Below are positions 1-14,599 of a stretch of 64,000 nt of DNA, piece by piece (position 1 is the stretch's first letter; every line of letters begins with the position of its first letter). Origin of the DNA: the human T2T-CHM13v2.0 reference genome, Homo sapiens; assembly GCF_009914755.1 (NCBI RefSeq), contig NC_060928.1. One strand, 5' to 3'. Made by a program: the position numbers and the translations under genes. Below the pieces are notes generated by a model that ran no database searches, was not told the origin of the DNA, and saw only the letters and a program-made list of their open reading frames with translations.

Positions 1-364
1 GACAGTAGGCATAATATTGGGACTGTCTGCTAAGAAATAATACATAAAGCTATGACTCAGAAAGTGATGTATGTTGCTTCCTGAACTCACCCACTTTAAT
101 GACAGAGCCAGGGCCTTGACATCGGGACAGATTATTAGAACGTGAAGGTTGGTACTGCCGGTTCAGAGAAAGGAGGCAAGAGATTAGCAAAAAGCAGGCT
201 GTATAATGACTAGTCTGGAGTGGAGAAGGGAGGGAGATTAGCTCCTTTCTGTTCTTTATGTTAGGGACAAGGCATAGAGCAAAAGAAGAAAAGAGGAAAG
301 GAGAAAGGGAAGAAAGGAAAGAGAGAAGCAAGAGGCAGGGAAGAAAATGCAATATAGAATATTC

Positions 365-505
365 ATTGAGCCTCTTCTTTGAACTAAGTACTTTAACTTG
401 TTCACAATAATCTTGTAACATGCTACTATCTGTTCTACAGATGAGAAAATTGAACTTCAGGAAAAATAGATAATGTGGTTTAGTTGTACAGGTTGTGTAC
501 AGTGC
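365..505 (+). mobile_element. MIR SINE fragment
   Basis: MIR core-like 'ctacagatgagaaaattgaacttcag'. Confidence 0.55.
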
Positions 506-916
506 AGCCAAGTGCAGAAAGGAAAGGCAAATGCACTAGACATTGCTTTCTCTGCACTTCTCTATGCTTTAACCAAATAACCTTCTGAGTTCCAGCTAGG
601 GAGCTGGCAGGAGAGATGAAGAAGCATATGAAAAAATAAAGAGAGGCACACAGTCACAGACAAGAAGGAGGATTAAGGGTAATTACAACCCCAAAGAGCT
701 TGTGGTGACTCACTAAAAAGCCACAGGGAGAAGCAGTTAGTTACAAGAGAATTCTTGGCCAAACGCCCAATTCAAGGGCCAGCTGTTGATAATTTAACAA
801 AAAAAAAAAAAGTCCTCTTTGAAAACCTAAAATCATTAGAGAAGTACTTTTCACTTCAGCTCTGCATCAGCACTTAGTTTGGATCAGCAGCCAGGATGGG
901 GCATTAATGCTTTAGG

Positions 917-1108
917 TAGAGGGGGTCTCAAAATATGGCTCTTGGATCAGCAGCATCAGCATCTTCTAGGGATTGGTATAAACATAAATTCTCAATGCTC
1001 TCCCTACCTCCAGGCTCACAAAATAGGCATATCTAGGGGTGGGGTCTAGAAATCTCTGTTTTAACAAGGCTTGCAGGAGATTGTGGTGCATGCTTAAATT
1101 TGAGAACT
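917..1108 (+). mobile_element. MER5A-like hAT-Charlie DNA transposon
   Basis: 'cagcagcatcagcatc...ggggtggggtctagaaatctctgttttaacaag...tttgagaacta' resembles MER5A. Confidence 0.75.
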
Positions 1109-2084
1109 AGGTTTGTATAAGTCCTTTAATTTGTTTGGCAAGTACTCTCTGTGGCTTTTACTATCAAGGCAAGTTTGAGAAGTTCTGTTTTTAGGGATTG
1201 AGGAAAAACTTTTGCCCTAGGCCCACTGAAAAATGCTTCCTTCCTCTGGAGAAAGCGATAGTAATTCAGATTCTCTTCCCTCATTTCAGCTGTGGATTCA
1301 TTGAAATTAGGGCAGTAGAGTACTAATTCCCAGAGTCCTAATAAATTTGACTTCCTACTTCTGGGTGGAGGAACAGAATTGGGAGAGTTGCAGAAGCTAG
1401 GGAATTAAGAGAATAATAATTAGCAAATTTTATCGGAATCTTTATCTCTGTATTTCAGTTCTAGAAATTGAGTATTTTATATATTTTATCATGATTATAT
1501 AAATGGAGCTAAATGAGTTTCCTGAAATTTACATTTTATGCACAGAAAACAGGCTCTGCCAATATTTATATGTTCTAGTTCCTATAGATTGTAGAGAAAG
1601 GGGAATGAGACAGTAAACAATGGGCTTAATTTCCTTTTCAACAGGGCTTCATAATTCAGTATCAATCTTGTGGAACAGATATTCCCATTTCACAGGTGAG
1701 GAAACTGAGTCTTCTCTGGCTACCTACTCAGCTATGGGCAAGATTCAAAAAGAATTCCTCCATCCCTGGATTTTAAATTCAAATGAGAGGACCTATGGTA
1801 TCCCTTTGGGGTCAGAAAATACATCATACTTTATTTTATGTCCCTAATAATATCTGGTAAAACATCTGACAAACCATTTAATCGATTTCTAAATAAAAAT
1901 ATTCTTCTTTCTTTTTATTGGTTGCATTTGGAGAAAGAAAACAAATACTTCATGAACTGAAATGTATCTGCATCTTTTCTTGGCATGAATTCACTTTCTA
2001 CTTTGTATCATCACAAAGATGACAATGTCCCATGTGGCAGAGGTGCCTTGAAGTTAACCAGAAATTCCTGAAGCTTTTTCCATA

Positions 2085-2460
2085 ATGTAGAGTTGTTGCT
2101 GGGAATGGCTGCCCAGTCAGGGACTACATTCCTAGGCATCTTTCCTAGGGATCTATAACAAATTCTTGTTAATGGAATGAGAGTAGACACAATGTGTGTC
2201 ACATTTAGGGTGGAGCAGATAAGAAGCAAGCATTACCTCCATTTCCCAATCCACTGAGTGCAGAGGACCCCGAGATCGTAGGAGATGGTAGAGCAAATAG
2301 GGGGATAGAACCTGGAATCCTGAACCATGAGAGAGAGGAAAGTCTCCAGTCCCCCCAGAGTGCTCACAACATGAGTGAGAAAACCAATTTCATTATGTTA
2401 ATTGGCTGAAATGTGTGTGTGGGGGGGTTAATATTACTACAACTATCATTACCTTAATCA
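2085..2460 (+). mobile_element. Old MaLR LTR (MLT1-type)
   Basis: 'tgtagagttg...gggactacattcc...aatggaatgagagtaga...tgtgtcac' MLT1-like motifs. Confidence 0.6.
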
Positions 2461-2689
2461 GTGCATTTCATTTCTTCTCTTAGATTATCATGTTTTATGT
2501 TAGATGATGAGGTTTTTGAGGGTAGTTTCCATGTTTGGAAAAATATGGATTATATAGCTGAATCAGGAGCTGGGTTTTTCACTCATGAGTTTTGAGGAAA
2601 CTGGTGTTTTTTCTTCCCCTTGGCTTCTCTTCAAGGAGATACTGATTACAATAAGTTGACTATTTGAAACGCAGTTCAGGTTATCGGTA

Positions 2690-2890
2690 AAATCTAGGCT
2701 ATGCAGTCAGCTAGATCTGTATTCAATCCTTGGTTTTTCTCTAATTAAATGTATGAACATACTCAAACTGCCCAGTTTTTCTCCTCTTCTGCAAAATGAG
2801 TGTTAAAAATCCCTATATTCTAAGATTATTATGAAGATGAGAGTTAATATTTATAAATGCCTAGTATAGTGCCTGGCTCATAGCTAGCAT
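2690..2890 (-). mobile_element. MIR SINE
   Basis: 'cagtttttctcctcttctgcaaaatgag...gtgcctggctcatag'. Confidence 0.6.
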
Positions 2891-2896
2891 TAGCCA

Positions 2897-3235
2897 CTGG
2901 TGGTAGACTTCTAAAAATATGTCCTCTACTTTTCAGGAGAGAAATATACTATGTCAAAGCCATCAGGTTTGGTCATGTGATTTAACTTGGTCAACAACGT
3001 GTAAGCAGAAAAGATGTGTCACTTGCAAGTTGAACCTGATCTCTTTCTTTCTGACATGATGATTGGCAATGTTTCGTTAGAAATTGCTCCATTATACTGG
3101 ATATCGAAATGAAGATGACTTGGAGCAAAGCCACAATTACCCTACAATAGGGCAAATGTTACTTTTGCTGCTGTAAGACATTAGGATTTGGGGACCATTT
3201 GTTACTGCAGCATAACCCAACTTTTCTGAAAAATA
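2897..3235 (+). mobile_element. Old MaLR LTR (MLT1-type)
   Basis: 'ggtcatgtgatttaacttgg...gtaagcagaa...tttgttactgcagcataacc' MLT1-like. Confidence 0.55.
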
Positions 3236-3691
3236 CATAAAATATATATTTCTCAGTCAGGGAATACGGGGAAATCCTTTAAACTGTCAAATTCTCTATC
3301 GGGAACTGGGGCATCTAGCCCTTTCCCTGTCCCTCCCACCTTGCCTCCTAAGAATGACTAATAATAAAAACAGCATAGGCTTTGTCCTTGCTCCCCTTCC
3401 TGGAGAGGCTGTAAAACTCTACAAAATACAGAAAATGAAATATTTTCTGATGGTAAAAGAGTTTTTTTAAAAAATCTGAAGACAGAATCAGATCTCCATG
3501 CTGTCCTTTGGGAGTTCAGATTTTAGAAAAAGAAATTGGAGCTTTACATACATTTAACATACATCATTTAATTAGAGTATATATCTTCAGTGAGCACAAG
3601 AAAACTTTAGATAAGAGTTTCATACTTTGTAGTGAAGCAAAGTTAGTATTGGAGAAGTCTTGTGGGGAGCAACACAGAAGACTGAGAAATC

Positions 3692-3990
3692 TTTTTTTTT
3701 TTTTTTTAAGACAGAGTCTTACTCTGTTGCCTGGGCTGAAGTGCAGTGGCGCAGTCGTGGCTTACTGGAACTTATGACTCCTGGGTTCAAGCGATTCTCC
3801 TGCCTCAGCCTCCCCAAGAGCTGAGACTACAGACAGGTGCCACTATGCCTGGCTAATTTTTGTATTTTTAGTAGGGATCAGGTTCCACCATGTTGGCCAG
3901 GCTGTCCTCAAACTCCTGACCTCAGATGATTCACCCGCCTCAGCCTCCCAAAGTGCTGACATTACAGGCGTGAGCCACCACTCCCGGCCC
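3692..3990 (-). mobile_element. Alu (AluS-like), full length
   Basis: poly-T followed by reverse-complement Alu body ending 'gagccaccactcccggcc'. Confidence 0.95.
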
Positions 3991-4690
3991 AGGCAACTTA
4001 ACAGAGCTGAATTCTTAACAGGGCTGAGAATTTTTAACAGGGCTGTGGAGTAACAGAACTTGATGGAAAATTGGCATCTGTGTAGAATGATTCTAAAGCT
4101 TTCAGACAAATGGCAGAATCCTAGGGTAAAAATATCACCTTTATTTTCTTTCATGAACTCTATCAGTGGAATATATTTAGCTGAATTTCTACTTAAGAGC
4201 AGGCAAGACGAAAAAAATGAAGGCCACTGAGAATTGTGTCAATTACTCTAACTTTTCTGTTATTATTATTATTGAAACTGCCACAGTGCACCTAGCAATT
4301 TGCTGCTCTATGGTCCTATTAATCCAGAGTCTGCAGATGAAAAAAGCAATGTTTTTATGCTGACTTTACTATAATCACAGTGAAACAAAAAACGATCAAT
4401 TCATTGAACTCCAAATATGCCTCAGGTTATGATCTTACTTTATCGGACATTCTTTGTAACACTGAAGAGATATTTCAAAACTATAAATTGTGAAAGTCTC
4501 CCTACTCTCCCTTCCACAGTGGCTAAGACATCTTAAAAAGAAAGCCTTTCCCCAAAGCATTATCTATAGTGATCATACCTTTCTGCAGAAGCTGTCCCAG
4601 GTCAGGTAAGGAAAAAGGAAGGGGCAGAACAGAAAGGAGGGAGAGACTTCACATGAGGAGGAAACAAGCACATTAAAAATAATTAAAATC

Positions 4691-5014
<324 letters not shown>

Positions 5015-6271
5015 TTAATTAAAATAAAAATAATTATAATCAATGCTTTGTTCTATGTTGCCTACCTTATATTCTTTACAGTTTTTGTTCATACTCTCTC
5101 CTAACATATTTTTATTAGGAGTTTAACAGGCCAATATATTCTTTCTAAAATACTGTTAAAAGACACACAGGAGAATATATATTTCTCTACTTTTATGTAA
5201 ATCAGCTTTACCATTTTCTAAGTGTTTACACATTAGAGTTGCACTTTACTCCCAAAGGTACACTGAGTTGTATCCAGATTGATGCTAATTATCATCTTAC
5301 AGATGAAACTGGGGCTTAGAGAAGATGTGACAGAAGTGAAAGTGGAGCCCAGACCACCGTACCACAGCTCATTCCACATGGAAATGCCTTTACCTACCTA
5401 TGAACTGATACACAGAGCCTGGCAACAACTTTCAACACTCCACTCACCGACTTTTCCAAATAAAAGCAAGTTACGGGTCAAAATGTTGTCATTTGACATT
5501 AACCATTTTTTAACCAATGTCCCTATAATCAAGAGACACTTAGAGCATATATTTAATGTTGATCACCCTTGGCACACTGTTCAAAGACCAGTTCAGGATG
5601 ATGAAAATCAAGTTCTCATTTTCAGGCCTTACAAAACTATACTCTGGAACAGTCCTCGAAATGCAAATTTGGCTATATCGCAGCTACAGAGATGAAAGCT
5701 TTGTGAAACTCTGATATTCTAGTTAAAGACTATTCATATCCATTTCTAGAGTGACTTCTGATTTTGACATATAAAAATATGTTCATATTTTTCACCCATT
5801 CTGGATGATGCAAAATCTAGCTGGTATAACCATGTTATTTAATTTTTAATTTCCGCAAACCTCACTTTAAAATGCATAAACCATTCTATCATGAAGAGCA
5901 CCTTTTTTTCCAATGCACTGTTATTAAATTCTTATTCCTGCAGTGCCTTCTCACAGACTAGTTTTCTACAAAAGAAAAAAATAAACTCATTGCTTTTCAT
6001 ATGAAGACCCAGGGTTCTGCCTTCTAGATTAATTACATTTGATTCAAAGGTGGCTCTCTGTAAGTAAATATCTCTAGCTCAGAAGCAAAAGGAAGGGTTC
6101 ACTTCAGGTGTTTTTATCTTCGCTCAAGAGTCAAAATACCTTCTGCATTTTATATAGGTAAAGCTAGAAGAAAAGTAATCTATACTTATACCTATACTTA
6201 CATGTCTATCTATCTATCTATTGAGTTTTTCATTATGCTGCTGAAACTAGCATAAGAAAATTTGCTATCTC

Positions 6272-6617
6272 TGCTATGAATTAAATGTTGTCCCTCGAAT
6301 ATCATATGTTGAAGCCGTAACCTCCAATGTGACTAAATGTGGAGTTAGGGCTTTTAGGAGACAAGTAAGTTTAAATTAGGTTATAAAGATGGGGCCATAA
6401 TCTCATAGAACTTTGGCCTCATAAGAAGAGGAAGATGTTTCTCCCCTAAGGCCCCATGTGAGGATTTAGTGAAAAGGTGGCTGTCTGCAAGCAGGATGAG
6501 CCCTCACCAGTTGGCCAGCACCTTGATCTTGGACTTACACCGTCCAGAACTGTGAGAATATAAATTTCTGTTATTTGAGCCACCTAGCCTGTGGTATTTC
6601 TTTACGGCAACCCAATA
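6272..6617 (+). mobile_element. MaLR LTR (MLT1A/B-like)
   Basis: 'tgctatgaattaaatgttgtcc...ccagaactgtgagaatataaatttctgttatttgagccacc'. Confidence 0.8.
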
Positions 6618-8514
6618 AATCCCTATTTTAAATATTAAGACTCCAAATCTCAAAGACAAGTTAATATGAGTCTATGTGCTAAACCTAGAAAACCTCAAAT
6701 CTGAGTTGTTAACCAGACGCTGTGATATTCATGTTTCTTTTTGTTAGGCTTCAGCATCTTCCTTTGGGGGCCAAAATAATTGTGTGTGTCCCTTTTCTTA
6801 AGTGAAATCTGTCCCTAAAATGTAGAGCACTGTCTTCTTTGTGCTCCAGGGTTTTCTTCCTTTTCTCCTTGGCTCCGTCCTTGCTTACCTCCTTTAACAA
6901 ATCCAGGCAGGACTCTGTCCTGGGCACTGTCCTAGGTGCTGAAGATGCAACAGTGACCCAAATATGGTCCCTGACCTTAAGGAGTGTCCTAAGAGACTGC
7001 TTGTTACCAGCGGTTTCTCGCTTCAAGAAGGTTTCCTGAATAAATTTTAAAAATCAATGTGTGTTGTTAAAAGCTCAGTGTTACAGTTCTGATCCATGGG
7101 TTGAGTTATAATGAATTAGAGTTCCACAATTTATGTTGACCATATTCCCAAAGCCAATTATTCTTCAGTTTTTCTATTCAGGTTTTTTCTTTTGCAAACA
7201 ACCATCTTGGCTAAACTTTATGCAGCTCCCTAGGGCAACTTTGCATTGCCAAGGTATTTCTCAGGATTGTGCCTGACAGACACCGAAGCTTAGTGTCTGA
7301 AGCAAACTTAATGAGCTCATTTTATAGTCTCTCCTCTAGGTCTTGATAAAAATATTAAACCCAAGGACCAAGACTGAATACCTTTGAATATCACTGTCTT
7401 TTCTGGATTCTGAAGTTAAAAATAGCCAGTTTCTCAGTAGAACACCCTAGTCAACAGCATATCAATTAATCTGTGTATTATGGGGGCCACAACTCCACAG
7501 CTTACTGATAAGCGTATCATGGGGGCAAAATCAGTAGCCTTGCCATGGACAAAGGTGAATATATATATAACTAACTTTCCTTGACTCTCCAAACTTTTTC
7601 ATTTAAGAGAGCAATAAATGAAGATGTGCTACTTGAAAAATCATTATGCTAGTTCTCACCAGGCTCCCTCAAAATATTTATGAATGGGTGTTATAATTAA
7701 TTTCTTATGAGTGCACCATGTACAGAAGGTGCCTAATTCTCTGCAAAAGCAAGTCCCATTGGGGACTTATTCTCCCAGCTCCAAGCCAGTCTGAAGCATT
7801 CCCCAAGTGTCAGAATAACAGTAGGGTATTTTAGCCAAAGGAACACAAGCCTGGTGGTATTTTCTTGCTGATTTATTATAACTTTCATTCACCTTTTATT
7901 CTCTTATTTTTCTCTTATTGAAACGTTGTTATAAAACAAACCCATGAACAAAAATCTATCTTCAATGTATCTAGCCTGTTAGTGTCAACCTCTCAACATA
8001 TCCTCCTACCCTTCAACAAATATTCTGTTCTTATTTATTGGAATAACCTTTGTTCTTCTTTTTGTATATTGCATTTTATTTTATTTTTTAAAAAATCTTT
8101 ACTTCTATTTGATATGTTTTGGACTTTTCCTTTCTTAATCTGGTTAATTTCCCAATGTTGAACCATTTCAAATTAACACTGAAAGATACAGAACCCTAGG
8201 CTCTTTTTACTATTTATTTACATATTTATTTATTTATGTGTTATTTCTTAGGTAGCATTTGTCTCAATGGAGATTTCATGTCCCCCTTTAACCTAGGACT
8301 TGGGCCTTTTGAAATCTAAAAATTTTCCTTAGTGCCTTCTAAAGTCATAATACTACACATTCTATATCATGCAAAACCCACAAGTATCTACAAGGCAGTA
8401 AGGTTCTTTTTAATGGGGTGGGGGAAATAGCAAACAAAACAAAACTGCAGCAATCAAATGTTTAGCATTAAGATGTTTTCCAAATTGTTGAAGAAGTGCT
8501 GAAGAAAACGTTTT

Positions 8515-8535
8515 GGCGCTCCCCAGATGGCAGCC
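8515..8535 (+). promoter_or_regulatory. CTCF-like binding motif
   Basis: 'ggcgctccccagatggcagcc' matches the CTCF core CCASYAGRKGGCRS with 2 mismatches, in non-repetitive sequence. Confidence 0.5.
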
Positions 8536-9569
8536 ATTCTGACTCCAAATGTTACCGTTATTTTGGCCCTCATAGGAAGTACTTTCCCCGTAAGACCTTG
8601 ATTCAGTGATTGACCTTGGTTTTGATAATGTCTCATTCCCTTTTAGATTAGGAAAGTCCAAGAGAAAGCAAGACGGGGAATGCACTAATGATAAGCAGTA
8701 TAAATTTCGGAATAGGTTTCTCATCTTTTCTAGTGTGATTATAGGGTTTCTAGATTCAATCTGGATCCCTTATACAGTTCTGATGGAGAGCATTTTACTA
8801 GTATGTTCTTTACAATTTGATCATCTGGATGGCAATATCATATACAGAAAAGAGAATTGGATTTCAGAGCTAGGTAACTTGGGTTAAAATTCCAACATTT
8901 TCACTTACTTTGCTGTTTTCTAATTTTAAAATGAAGGGTAGACAGTCCTTTTATTACTTCATCATTTCCACAAATACATACAGACTATAACATGCCAATC
9001 ACTTTTTTCAGGTTCAGTAGGTGAACTTTAAGGTCTCTTATTATTTCTCTGTATAAACTGTTCAGCTAGACCTCTGGGCTTATATGTAAGCTTCCGTGAT
9101 TCAAAGCAAACCAAAATGTGGGCCAGCCCAGTATCTGCAGGGCATAAGTCTGCCAGAAGACACCTACTATCACCAACTCCTTGTACTTTAGATTGTCTAG
9201 TCTCATCCTGCTGCTGCTCAAAAAGAACAAAACATAAAGCAAAATGGAAAATATTTTAAAATAAGGTATAAAATGTAATAAATAATGAGGAAAGCTAAAA
9301 ACAATTTATTTAGCACTGGCCATTTATTTGCATAACTCTGTGGGAAAGTGAATAAGTGATGTAGTTTTTATTCTCTAATAGCAAAGCTCACATGGAATGA
9401 GACATGCATGCTAAAGGAGTGTACACGGCATGATTAAGGCTATAAAGCTGTATGGTTTAAGGAGAGAGGACCACATGAACAAAGGGTGGCTTCAAGAAGA
9501 AAGATAGTGCTTAGGCCAGTTTACAAGTACTTTATAAGCTTGCTCTTTACAACATGCACATACACACAC

Positions 9570-11166
9570 ATACAGGTAATCTCAACATCATTGTCATACA
9601 AAACAAAAATCAGGTAAAATAAAAAAGCATTAAATGGGTGGCAATTATTTCACAGTGAAACATAGTTTCACACGTATTCTTAGGAAAAAAAACATTGAAA
9701 ATAAACCAAATCTTCAAATTAATAGCAGAGAAAATATGCACAAAATAAATAAAATTTTTAAGGATAGATACAAACTAGTAAAATATACAATAAAACTCAG
9801 AAAAGTTCAACAATTTAAAAAGCCAGTTATTTGAAATTATCAATAACAAAAATGAATAGTTTTAGGCACGAGAATCATTTAAGAAATGAGAATATTAGGA
9901 ATGAGAAACCAAGATAAATAATATTAGGAATATGATTGTATGTTAAAACTTAGAAAGACACAAAAGAGATTTTATTATTTTTATAATAATATATAAATTT
10001 AACAGTTTAAATTTGAAAGCAGATGAATTTCATAGGAAAATTTAAATTAATCACATTGACTAAGAAGTTTAGAAAACCTACATAAATACTGTATAAGAAA
10101 TTTTAAAACTGGTCATAAATTCATAACCTATTGCATCCTAAAAAGTCAAATAAAATTGTTTTATGATAAAATGAAACCAAATTTCCAAAAACTAGCTATT
10201 CCTTACATTATTGAACAAACAGAAAGATGAACAGATTCCCAATTCATGTAATTGTACAAACTAATCCTAACTTTGATACTATAAAACAAACAAATAAAAC
10301 AGACAAGACTAGTTAGAACAACAATAACAAAGTGAAAACACGAATCTTTTGTCAATAGACAAACAGAACAAATTATACTGGGCTTATAAGGAATCTCCTT
10401 AACTTGATAAAGAGTAATTAAGAGAACCTTATCAAAACATCATACTTTATAATGATGATTCATGAGAAGCAGTCAGTTTCACTAATATGACAAGAATACT
10501 CACTTGCATCAAGCAAAGCAAACATAAAATTTAGAAACAATGAGACAGTTGAATGAAGTGGTAAGGCACAAAATAATCATTGAGAATCTATAACTTTGTA
10601 TACCTCAGCAATAGCCATACAGAAAATATACCAAATATTCAGTTTATAATAATGGCAAAATCTATAAAACACATAGAATATGTCTAGTTAAAATTATTAA
10701 AGACTCATATGTAGAAACTGTAAAACATAAATGGAGAACATAAAAGAAAACCTAAATAAATGAAAATACATAAATATTCCTGGTGCAGGATATTCAATAT
10801 TGTAGAGATGTGACTTAGTTCTTCATCCAAAAAATTTATAAATATTTAACAGTGCCAAACAAAATCCCAAAGGATGTTCTTTTATTGCACACAGCATGGC
10901 CACTTAAAACAGGGTGATAGAATAAAGGCAGGAGAAAAGCAAAAGAAATTAAACAGAAATATGAAAGGAGACCAGTACTGCCAGATATCAAAACCATAGT
11001 TAGGCACTGATATAGGTGTAGATAATTCAATCACTGGAACAGGCTAGAGAGTTCCTAAATAACACAACGGTTATCTGGAAAGTTGAAATTACTATAGGAA
11101 GTAGAAACTACTCAATAAGTGTCCCAAGAAAAACTGGCTATTCAAATGAAATTTAAAAACAAATCC
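9570..11166 (+). mobile_element. Ancient L1 (L1M/L1ME-like) ORF2 remnant
   Basis: A-rich degenerate L1 motifs ('ccagatatcaaaac...ggcactga...tggaacagg...gagagttcc'); continues at 11725-11890 and after 13219. Confidence 0.7.
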
Positions 11167-11724
11167 TGCAGTGAGTTCAAGGGTTTTGGGGGACTAACCA
11201 AGGAAAAAGATATGACCACAAGGTAGTAATAGAACACAATAAGGTCTATTTGAGCAGTGCTTTGACAGGTTTACAGGAAAAGGTGAGTCCCTCACAACAT
11301 GAGAACTTTCAGAGGCAATGCTGCAGGAATCACTGTCCAAAACAGAAAGGAAGGAAAGGGGACGCCTGGAGAAGACCCTTCCAGGACCAGAGAGGGGGCT
11401 TAACTAAATACATGAAGGTGGGGACGCTCTGGGTCAGAGAATTCTGAAGGGTCATAGTGGCTTGGGATCTCTCATAGCCCTGGAGTTTATCTTATCCATG
11501 TCTAACAGATGTTTGGTGCAGTTTCGTGTGATATGCAAAACAAGCAGCTCTAAATGGCTAAAAATGTGCTTAATGGGGTTATGTTTAAAACAATTGAATG
11601 TGTTAAAAATTTGAGCTTGGCACTGGTGGGCTTCTGGACTAATGGATTCCAGCCTACTGCGAAGAAGGGAGAAACACACGGCAGGTCCACTATACGGGGC
11701 CACTTGTGGCTCATTGAAATAACA
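11167..11724. mobile_element. Solo ERV LTR inserted in old L1 (family not determined)
   Basis: Abrupt GC rise; TG...CA termini (tgcagtg...aataaca); near-TSD aatcc/aagcc; L1 resumes afterwards. Confidence 0.6.
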
Positions 11725-11890
11725 AAGCCTTACCTCACTTTTCTTTGCATGCCTATCTGTTTATGCACACATCTCAGATGTATTAGAGGTAAACATGAAA
11801 AAATAATGTGAGAAATGTAGGAAATTACATTTATAATATTAGGGTGATAAAGGCTAAATCTAAAAGTCACACATTTATGAAATAAAAGGT

Positions 11891-12323
11891 CTCCCATTAT
11901 TATTGTGTGGGAGTCTAAGTCTCTTTGTAGGTCTCTAAGGACTTGCTTTATGAATCTGGGTGCTCCTGTATTGGGTGCATATATATTTAGGATAGTTAGC
12001 TCTTCTTGTCGAATTGATCCCTTTACCATTATGTAATGGCCTTCTTTGTCTCTTTTGATCTTTGTTGGTTTAAAGTCTGTTTTATCAGAGACTAGGATTG
12101 CAACCCCTGCCTTTTTTTGTTTTCCATTTGCTTGGTAGATCTTCCTCCATCCCTTTATTTTGAGCCTACGTGTGTCTCTGCACGTGAGATGGGTTTCCTG
12201 AATATAGCACACTGATGAGTCTTGACTCTTTATCCAATTTGCCAGTCTGTGTCTTTTAATTGGAGCATTTAGCCCATTTACATTTAAGGTTAATATTGTT
12301 ATGTGTGAATTTGATCCTGTCAT
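11891..12323 (-). pseudogene. L1 ORF2p endonuclease domain N-terminal fragment (about aa 1-145)
   Basis: MTGSNSHITILTLNVNGLNAPIKRHRLANWIK...DLDSHTIIMGD is the L1 APE endonuclease start; truncated at the insertion boundary. Confidence 0.95.
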
Positions 12324-12386
12324 TATGATATTAGCAGGTTATTTTGCTCGTTAGTTGATGCAGTTTCTTCCTAGCCTTGATGGTCT

Positions 12387-12841
12387 TTACAATTTGGCAT
12401 GTTTTTGCAGTGCCTGGTACCGGTTGTTCCTTTCCATGTTTAGTGCTTCCTTCAGGAGCTCTTGTAGGGCAGGCCTGGTGGTGACAAACTCTCTCAGCAT
12501 TTGCTTGTCTGTAAAGTATTTTATTTCTCCTTCACTTACGAAGTTTAGTTTGGCTGCATATGAAATTCTGGGGTGAAAATCCTTTTCTTTAAGAATGTTG
12601 AATATTGGCCCCCACTCTCTTCTGGCTTGTAGAGTTTCTGCTGAGAGATCAGCTGTTAGTCTGATGGGCTTCCCTTTGTGGGTAACCCGACCTTTCTCTC
12701 TGGCTACCCTTAACATTTTTTCCTTCATTTCAACTTTGGTGAATCTGACAATTATGTGTCTTGGAGTTGCTCTTCTCGAGGAGTATCTTTGTGGCATCCT
12801 CTATATTTCCTGAATTTGAATGTTGGCCTGACTTGCTAGAT
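12387..12841 (-). pseudogene. L1 ORF1p C-terminal fragment
   Basis: PQRYSSRRATPRHIIVRFTKVEMKEKML...ALNMERNNRYQALQKHAKL is the ORF1p RRM/CTD, followed by the 63-nt inter-ORF spacer. Confidence 0.95.
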
Positions 12842-13294
12842 ATAATGTGGCACATATACGCCATAGAATACTATGCAGCCATAAAAAATGATGAGTTCAT
12901 GTCCTTTGTAGGGACATGGATGAAGCTGGAAACCATCATTCTCAGCAAAGTATAGCAAGGACAAAAAAACAAACACCGCATAGGTGGGAATTGAACAATG
13001 AGAACACTTGGACACAGGAAGGGGAACATCACACACTGGGGCCTGTTGTGGGGTGGGGGAGGGGGGAGGGATAGCATTAGGAGATATACCTAATGTAAAT
13101 GATGAGTTAATGGGTGCAGCACACCAACATGGCACATGTATACATATGTAACAAACCTGCATGTTGTGCACATGTACCCTACAACTTAAAGTATAATTTA
13201 AATATATATATATATAAAGAAATAAAAGGTTGAACTTGATGACATAAAATGTTTAAAATTCTTCATCAAATTAATAATAAGAACTGACGTTTGT

Positions 13295-14030
<736 letters not shown>

Positions 14031-14086
14031 ATTTGGATAGCATTTATAATAATGCTTATGTATATTGAATCATGTAATTTTCACTA

Positions 14087-14398
<312 letters not shown>

Positions 14399-14599
14399 TT
14401 AAAAGATAGGTAGTTATTCTCATTTGACTGTTAATTACATAACTCATTAAATGTATCACCACGACTAAAATAATATGCAGAAGTGTCATATAATGTTGTG
14501 TAGGTTATAGGCATACACTGCACAACCTGACATCTGTGAGTAGGGGTTGAGGGTTGTTTGGTCGGGGGTCATTCCCGCAGCCTTTGATGCTACAGAAAT

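Larger units (their letters stand above)
11891..13218. mobile_element. L1PA (about L1PA4-6) 5'-truncated, 5'-inverted insertion
   Basis: Minus-strand ORF1/ORF2 segment 11891-12841 joined to plus-strand ORF2 end and 3'UTR 12844-13200; TSD gaaataaaaggt at 11879-11890 and 13219-13230. Confidence 0.95.

Noticed and set aside
5279-5695. 138-aa ORF
   Set aside because: Starts in MIR-derived sequence, has no recognisable domain and no convincing exon boundaries
7100-7950. Possible CR1/L3 LINE remnant
   Set aside because: Too diverged to call by eye; needs a Dfam HMM search
11730-12797. L1 ORF1/ORF2 ORFs as active genes
   Set aside because: Truncated, inverted fragments lacking the 5'UTR promoter and the RT domain
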